Assembly (NCBI GenBank): GCA_964507275.1
Contig: CAZDPG010000001.1
Coordinates: 20,958-84,957 of the forward strand
DNA from: an uncultured Candidatus Saccharibacteria bacterium
GTDB taxonomy: Bacteria; Patescibacteriota; Minisyncoccia; Phycocordibacterales; Phycocordibacteraceae
DNA length: 64,000 bases
Direction: 5' to 3'
Shown piece by piece: positions 29,301-38,300 of this stretch; the first letter of the stretch is position 1; every line of letters starts with the position of its first letter. The position numbers and the translations under genes are program-made. The notes beneath the pieces are model-generated. The model had not been told where the DNA came from, ran no database searches, and saw only the letters and a list, made by a program, of their open reading frames with translations.

Positions 29301-32300
29301 ACGTATGATGCGGCGAATTGGTATCAAACCGCTGGAGTAAGCAAATGGATTGCTGGGTTGCTAGCAGCATCTTCCGGCGGCACGGCGAATGCGGATGACT
29401 ATTCGATCGCTTACTACAATGGCTCCTGGAATAACGCAGTTACGATTAACAGTTCTGGTCGCGTTGGCATCGGCACCACCAGCCCTTCCGGAACCCTCGC
29501 AGTCGCTGGCGACTTCTTCCTCACCGGTTCCACCACCATTACGGGCGCCGACTCCGGTATCGTCTTCACCGGCTCCGGCAACCACGACATCACCGCCGCC
29601 GGTGGTACGCTCCGCATCGGGACCAATACCATCATCGGCAACATCGAGGCGCTCAACGATACGGTGGATATCGGTACCGCCATTACCCGCTTCGACAAAA
29701 TATACGCAAACGAGGTCAACGCCTCCACTATCGTCGGTACGCTCACAGGCGGCAATCTCAGTGCCGAGACCTTCACCATCAACTCCGACAACGCCACAGC
29801 AGACACGGAGAATGCCTATCTCGTCTTCGAGCGAGGCACGATCACTCCGAACGCGTCCCTCGCCTGGAATGCTGCTGAGGGCGCGAAGCGCTTCGAATTC
29901 AATCATCCGCTGTTCATACAGAACGCTTCTGCCTCGACGACGCTCACCACGCTCGATCTCAAGGCCGTCGCCGGGCAGACTGCCGATATTTTCCGCGTAG
30001 CTTCCTCATCGGCGGATACTCTCTTCAATGTTACGGCCTCTGGCAACGTCGGCATTGGCACCACCTCTCCGTATCAGAAGCTCTCGGTAGTAGGGAATGT
30101 CATCGCAGACACATTCATTGCGACATCGACCACAGCCACTTCGACGTTCGCGGGCGGGTTCGCTGTAGAGACGAGTGGCCTGGTCTACGACTACTCCTCA
30201 AATAACGTCGGTATCGGGACAGCGGGCCCGAGCAAGAAGTTATCAGTAGCCGGAGATGTGCTCATCGGAACTCCAAGTGGCAGCAGTGACGTAAGGTTGC
30301 TGGTAGGTCGCGCGGATGGTGTGGGAGACGGCATCGTAACGGCCACAAACTTCAATGCTGTGACAGTACCAGTATTTCGTGCCAGGTCTGGAACTAGTCC
30401 AACAGGAGATGGAATATATTTATTCTACGGTCAAAATGTAGCCAATACGAAAACATTCAGTGTCGATAATTCAGGAAATGGTTATTTTGCTGGCAACGTC
30501 GGCATTGGCACGACGAGTCCGACCACATTGCTTTCGTTATCGCAAACCACCGGTCCAATCATCACATTAGAAAATAGAAACACCGCCCTCGCTGCGGGTG
30601 AGCAAATCGGCGGGTTGAGCTTCACTGCGAATGATTCGAGTGGTGGTGGTACAGGTGAAATGGCAAAGCTGATTGCCTACACGCAAGCCATATCCAGTGC
30701 ATTTGGGAATCTCGGATTCTATACAAGAGATCGAGTCGGCGTTGACTCTCTGAGTGAGAAGATGACGATTCAGTACAACGGGAATGTCGGCATCGGCACC
30801 ACCTCTCCATATCAGAAACTCTCGGTGGCAGGGAATATCATTGCGGACACATTCATCGCAACATCGACCACGGCGACCTCAACATTTGCCGGTGGGTTCG
30901 CCGTCGAGACGAGCGGTCTGGTCTACGACTACTCGTCAAATAATGTCGGCATCGGGACGGCGGGGCCTGAATCGAAACTCTCTGTTTTACGGTCACCCTC
31001 CGATATATTGGGAGAAACCTCGATAGGATTGAATTACGGCGCGGGAGATCTATGGGGGATGAGACTAGGTTCAACTGATAGCTACGATTTCCATCTTGAT
31101 AGGAAATCTGGTAGCACGTGGCTTCAAGCACTATCCATCGATAGAACATCCGGCAACGTCGGCATTGGCTCTACGAGTCCGATGAGTAAACTGAGCGTGG
31201 TGGGCGAATCAAGAATCACCGGTGTCGATTCCACATTTGGTGCTGATGCGAATGCGAGAACATCTCTGCATATCAATGCAAATACCGGGTCTCTTGCCGA
31301 AGTAGCATATGAATCTGCGGGTTCGTTGAGGTGGAAAGTTGGTAAGAATTCCACAACCGAATCGGGATCGAATGTGGGATCAGATTTCTACTTCAATCGC
31401 AGAAGCGACACAGGGACTGATTTGGGTACAGCGATGTTGATTCAGCGTTCTACGGGCAACGTCGGCATCGGGACCACGAGTCCAGCCAGCAAGCTTAATA
31501 TATATGCTGGAGCATCTGGCGGTGGGGCGAATACAAGCGCCCCACTAACAGTCGAAAGCAATACAACGGCGTTTATCGGACTGCTCACCCCAAATGCTTC
31601 CGCAAGTGGCATTCTTTTCGGAAATGTCTCAAACAATGCCGCTGGCGGGATTCTCTATAACTCAGAAGTCGCGAATGGTCTTTCGTTCCGTGTGAATGGG
31701 AATAGTGTGAAGATGGTTATCAATTCATCTGGAAATGTCGGCATTGGGACGACTACCCCGATTGCTCCGTTGTCTGTTTTATCCGCATCATCTGCCGATC
31801 AGTCCCTAGCTCAATCCTGGAGTTATAACTCTGGTGCCGATTTGTATAATCTCAAACTGAAGCAAATAGTAACCTCAGGGGTTGTAAAGTGGGGTTTTGA
31901 TATACAGAATGCAGGCACTTCGTATTCCGATGTCCTGATACTTGATCGTGGCAATGTCGGTATCGGGACGACAAATCCGCAGAAGATGCTAGACGTATCG
32001 ACATCTACTGACGCCACGCTCCGGCTGACCTCCACCAAGAATGACTCGAGCTGGACCAGTAATACGGATACCGCGGGTGTCCTTGAGTTCTATAAGACCG
32101 ATGCTTCGGGGGGAGGCGCCGATGTCGTAGCAAGCATCAAGCCGATTGTGCAGAATACTGCAGGTAGCGAATGGGATCTCGGCTTCTCAGTCGGGGAGAC
32201 GCTCGCCGAGCAGTTCAGAATAAGCGATGCCGGATATCTTGAGAGTCCAACAACGGCGAAGTTCATCTTCAACGACGTGTCTGGAGGAGTTCTTCAGCTC

Positions 32301-35300
32301 AGACGGGAGGATCTCACCGTGGCAAGCGGAGAGACGATCGGCGAGCTCGATTTCTTGGGGACTGACGCTTCGACAAACATGGCAGGAAATCTTGCGAAGA
32401 TCCTGGTGGCGGCGGAAGCAGACCAGTCAACAAGCGCTGCGACCTATATGGCCTTCCATACTAATACCGGGAATGCCGGTTCACTTGCAGAGGCTATGCG
32501 CATCTCGAGTACCGGTAACGTCGGCATCGGCGTAACGGCACCTGCCATCAGATTATCAATAAAGGATTCTTCATCCCAGACTGCCTACACAACATCGAGT
32601 TCTGCGGCCGCAAACCCCTTCGTGGTGCAGACGACTGAGGTCGCGAGCGGCTCCGGCTATGCCGCTCTGCAACGGTTTTATGGAGGTCTTGGGAATAGCA
32701 TCTGGTATCAGGGCCTCGTCGATAATGGGGTTGCCTTTGGTGGCTCCTACGTTATCGGGAACAGGACTGGTGCGGCCGCGTATCAGGAACAACTGAGGAT
32801 CACCAGTACCGGGAACGTCGGTATCGGGACATCGACACCGAATACGAAATTGAACGTACTCGGTAGCAGTGGAACTCAATATTCAAACTCTATTGCAAAG
32901 TTTTACGCGGCCGCTACACAGGGTGTATATATTGGGTACAACACAACCGATAAATACGGATATATTGGGGCGGTTACGGAAGGAGTAACGCACGATCCTC
33001 TGGTCTTAGAACCATCTGGAGGCAACGTCGGCATCGGCACCACGAGTCCGGCAGATATCTTAGATATCTATTCCGCCGCTACTAATAGAGTCTTCCTTCA
33101 AGCGAGTACATCAGTTGGATACGCAGAATATGGTCTGTCGGCGGACCAAGGGAGGGGTAGTCGTTCGACCTTAATCCAGTATGGTTCAGCCCATGCGACA
33201 CTACCGAATGCTTTACAGCTTTTGAATTTTAATAATGCCGATTTAGCACTTGGGACAAATAATACTCGGAGGGTGACAATTTCCGGTAGCGGTCTTGTGG
33301 GTATCGGGACGACGACACCAGCGGCGAGGTTAGTGGTTTCAGAAACAATTTCACAAACGGCGATATTCGATAGCACTTCAGCGTCAGGTCCATACATAGC
33401 ATTCTCTTTAAATGGTACAAGGAATGGATACTTGGGGAATGGCGGCGCACTTGGAAACTCTGCTTCAGTCATTACACTTAGAAGTGAGGGAGATCTTGCC
33501 CTTAATACTGGTACTACCCCTCGACTGTACGTCACGAACACAGGTAACGTCGGTATCGGTACGTCGACGCCAGAGAGACTGTTGCAAGTTCATGGGACTA
33601 ACACGGAAGTGGAGTTGTCTTCAGGGGCTGATGAGTATGCTCGGCTGTATTTCAGGAATGGGGATGGAACTGGAGAAGCAGGCAGGAAGTGGTTGATGGG
33701 GCAGTACGGTGGTTCAGCAGGAAATCCTTTCGTGTTTACATATGCCGCTTCCACAGGAAGTAACTGGGTGGATGCTCTTGCAATAACCAACACGGGGAAT
33801 GTCGGCATCGGAACGACGAGTCCAGGTGTTAATTTGGTCGTCGCTGGGTCAGGACACGTATATAGCAGAGTCGATACAACAGGGACATCCCATGTCGCCG
33901 GCTCCTATCTCACGACTCCGACAACCGAATTGGACTTCATGAGCTTCGGCGGGTACAGCACTTCCCGATTCAGTACTTCCACAGTGGGGTACAGCGCCGC
34001 ATATGCGGTAACTGGCGGCTTGATGTTAGGGACGTATGGTGCTTCCGATGTGATTATCGGTTCAAACAATACTGACAGGATCCACATACTCAGCACAGGT
34101 AACGTGGGTATCGGAACAACGAGTCCTGCTGGGACATTGCAGCTCGGCGGTTCCGCCCCTCATTTCCTTATCGGTACTGGTGCGGATGTCTTGGCAGGTG
34201 GACAGGCTGGCCTTTTGATTAGCAATGGAACAGAAAAAGTTATAAGTGGCGTACAGTCGTCTCTTGGCTTTATTGGCACATATTCAAATACGAAATTCGG
34301 CTTGGCCACCAACAACTCTACGAAAGTCACGATAGATACGACTGGCTACGTCGGCATCGGTACCACAAGTCCAGCGGATACTTTGGATGTGAATGGTGGC
34401 GTGAGAGTCATGGGCCAGGGAACGCTTGGTTTCGGAGCCGGAATGGAATTTTCATATAATTCCACGACGGGAGGCGGCATAACGACTTACGACAGAACAG
34501 GGTCGGCATTCAAAGATTTGAACGCGAATGCTCTCAGTTATCATTTCCTAACAAGTAGTGCTGAAAAGGTAACCATATTAAATAGTGGCAACGTCGGTAT
34601 TGGTACGTCGAGCCCGGGGAATTTGTTGCAACTGCATAGTGCAAGCAGTAATCCGGGGGTTTGGATGTCTGGCGGAACAATAACACAACCGTTTACTAGT
34701 GTTGGGTTCACACCGGAAATTAACGCCAATGTAAGTGGAACTTGGGGTCAATCAAATGCTACTTATGGAGGTCTGCAAGTAAATTCTTTTACGACAAATG
34801 GTAATGCAAACACGATAGGGTTGACGTTACAGGGACATATCGGGTCAGCGTCTCCTTCTGATGACGCACCAGCTATTGTTATAGCTGGCTGGAAGAGTAA
34901 CGGTAGTACAGGCCGTTCGGCGATGTCAGGGACGAACACTGTGTTACAAGTGAGAGCTGGGTCAACGAATTTGGTCACAGTTCAAGGTTCCGGCAACGTC
35001 GGCATCGGCACGACAACACCTGCAACCGCTCTTCAGATAAATACATCTTCACTAGAAGTGGCGCGTTTGGTGGGGACGAATGCAACAGGCGGATATCTAT
35101 CATTCTTTGGGAACACGTCCACAGTGTCTGGCTTCCTCGGAAGTGATGGTGCGGTGAGCGGTGGAGGAGGGGCAAGCGTGTCTGACTTCGGGTTCAGAAC
35201 ACCAGGGGGTATGGTATTCAGGACAGGAGGCGCGGCGGCGCGCATGACGATATTAAGTACCGGTTATGTCGGCGTCGGGACGACCACTCCTACGGCAGCG

Positions 35301-38300
35301 CTCCACGTGAACGGAGGAGATATGCACTTCGGAGACAGTACCAATGTTGCGCGCAACTTCTACGCAATCCGGAATGCTGTCGCTGTGGGAGGCTTCTCGA
35401 CCTCTAACAGCGTCTTCTCTTTGTTCGGAGGTGCGGTGGCAACACCCATGCTCACTCTTATCGGATCCGGCAATGTGGGTATCGGAACAGCGGCACCGGC
35501 AGCGATGCTCGAGATTGCCACGACCACGACCGATGGTGCGACACTTCGTCTCACGAACTCCGACACCGCGGTTGCCGCTGGGGAGGCTCTCGGTTCCTTG
35601 GACTTCTATTCGTCTGATGCTTCGACAAGTGGGGCGGGCATCAGGGCATACCTGAAAGCAGTGGAAAATGATGGAGGAGTCGGCCGCTCCTATGATTTGG
35701 CGCTTGGTACTGGTGCGGCAGCGGCAGCAACCGAGAAGCTGCGCATCACGAGCAGTGGCAACGTCGGTATTGGGACGACGACGCCTGGTGCAAAACTGCA
35801 AATAGGAAGCAGTTCGGTCACCCCTGTGGCTTCCGCGACGCCAGACGCTATCTCGCTGGGTAATATGTACAGCACAACCGCCGGGAGCAACCTAAAACTA
35901 AAGGTGTATGAGTCGGGAAGTGTCAGTCTCGGTTTGGGGGTGAGCGCTCTCTCTCTTGATGTTGTGGCAGGACAGACAGGTGCAGGTATTAACTTCTACA
36001 CTAACGCCGGAAGTACGGCGAAGATGACTATCAGTTCGACTGGCAACGTCGGCATCGGCTCAACGACGCCAGGAAGCTTGCTAAGCGTACTTAATTCGGC
36101 GTTAACGACATACGCTACCAGTGTTATTTCCTCAAGCGTTTCCTCTCTCGAGACGGTGAACAGCAGCAATGTAAGCGGGCAAACTTCAACCCTCAAACTC
36201 AGGGCAAGCAGCAATGGCGGTACGGTTGCAGGCATTGCCGGAATAAGCGCTGTTCAGACAGACTGGACGGCCAATTCTGCTGACATCGCGTTTCAGACGA
36301 ATAGCCTGGGTGCTATCGGTGAGAGAATGAGAATAACAGCGGCCGGTAATGTGGGCATCGGCTCCTCTACTCCTGTTAGCAAATTATCAGTGGCAGGGAC
36401 AGGTGACATCACGGCTGAAATTCAGACGACCTCTAGTACAAATGCAGCAGGTATTAAACTCACTGGCGGTACTCAGACCTGGGGTGTCTATTCCATAGGA
36501 AGTTCTGGTGTTAAAAGCGGAGCTCTTGGCTTCTATGATCACGGGTCATCAGCATGGAGACTTCTTCTTGATAATGCAGGCAACGTCGGCATAGGGACGA
36601 CGAGCCCGCTCCATATGCTGAGTGTGACAAACCCTTCTGGGTCGGGGACAAACTTGTATGTCGCTCAGTTCGCGTCTAACGCGGGAGCAAATGTTCCGCT
36701 CGTAGCCTATTCTGACTCGGCAGGTTCGGCTATTGTAAACCAAACGGGCAGCCTGACTGGTGCGGAGTATATATATATGAGCCAGGCCGGCAACATGACC
36801 TTCAATACTGCGGGTTCTGAGCAAATGAGGATCACGAGTACCGGCAACATCGGCATCGGCACGACGACGCCATCTGCAAAACTGCATATCCTCGATACCA
36901 CGAGTGTGTCTACGAGCGGACAAACCGCATTGGTCGTAGGCTCGACCTATAGCGCAGGCACGGTCGGGAGCGGCGGCAAGATATTGTTTGAAGATCAATC
37001 GACCGGCACTGATAGTGCTGCGATTAGAGGCTACACCTTTGGGTCTTCCAAGACTGGTCTGGCCTTTGATACCGGGTGGGGCGCCCTCACAACGAAGATG
37101 GTGATAGATAATTCGGGCAACATCGGCATCGGCACCACCTCGCCATACAGCAGACTCTCGGTCTGGGGCGCAGACACGACAGCGGGTGTGAATATGTTTG
37201 AGCTCACCAACTCCGCTTCGACGACGCTCCTCTCTATGGATAACGCGGGGAACTTGAACGTGCCGGTCGCCACCGCGACGACGACGCTCGGCGGGGGATT
37301 AAACGTGAACTCGGGCGGTCTCGTTTATGACCTCACTACGGGAATCACGTCTGCCGCTAACTTGAGTCTCGGCGCGACGACCTTCGATACGGATGCGGGA
37401 GTGGTGCAGTGGGTGGATATGCCGGTCACCTCCGCTTCTGCCTCTGGCACCGTCGAGAGCTACACGGCCTCGCTCAACGCGAACCCGATGCTCACCGTCT
37501 ACGGTCTTGCTGATGGCATAGGCGGCATGACGAATCTCGGCGTGGGTATCGGCTCAACGAGTCCGTGGGCAACGCTCTCGGTGACCACTGCGGCTCAGCA
37601 GTCGGGCCTCTTGCCGCTCTTCCAGGTCGCTTCGACGACGAATGCAGAACTCTTTACGGTCAATGGGAACGGGAATGTCGGCATCGGCACAACCTCGCCT
37701 GACACGATACTTACTGTTTTCAACTCTGCTGCCGCAAGTGCAAGTGGGGAAAATACCCTGAAGTTGTCTGCGGACTACCATGGAAATGTTATTGGCAGTG
37801 GCGGACGCATGGTGTTCACCAACAATGCCGTGGATTTAGGGAAAGAAGCGGCAGACATACGCGGATATACATTTGGGACCAACCTGACAGGTCTCGCGTT
37901 TGGTACAGGGTATGGAGCGGTCACTACAAAGATGGTTATAGACAATGCGGGGCTTGTCGGCATCGGCACCACCTCGCCATTCGCTAAACTCGCTGTTCAA
38001 GCGACCGCTGGTGGCTCGACCCCTCTCTTCACGATCGCATCATCGACGAGTGGCGCGGCCACCTCGACGGCGTTCCATGTCGCAAGTAATGGAAATGTGG
38101 GTATTGGGACAGCAAGTCCGGGGGCGAATCTTGAAACTTTCGGAGGAATTAATGCTCTCCCTACGGCATCTGGTTCTGTAAATGAAGCGGGTATTAGAGT
38201 TAGAGGTGGGGGAAATGTTGTGAGTCTTGATTTCGGTAGTAAGAGTGCTGGCCCAGCTTCTTCATGGATTCAGTCAAGAAACGCGACTGATTATTCTACA

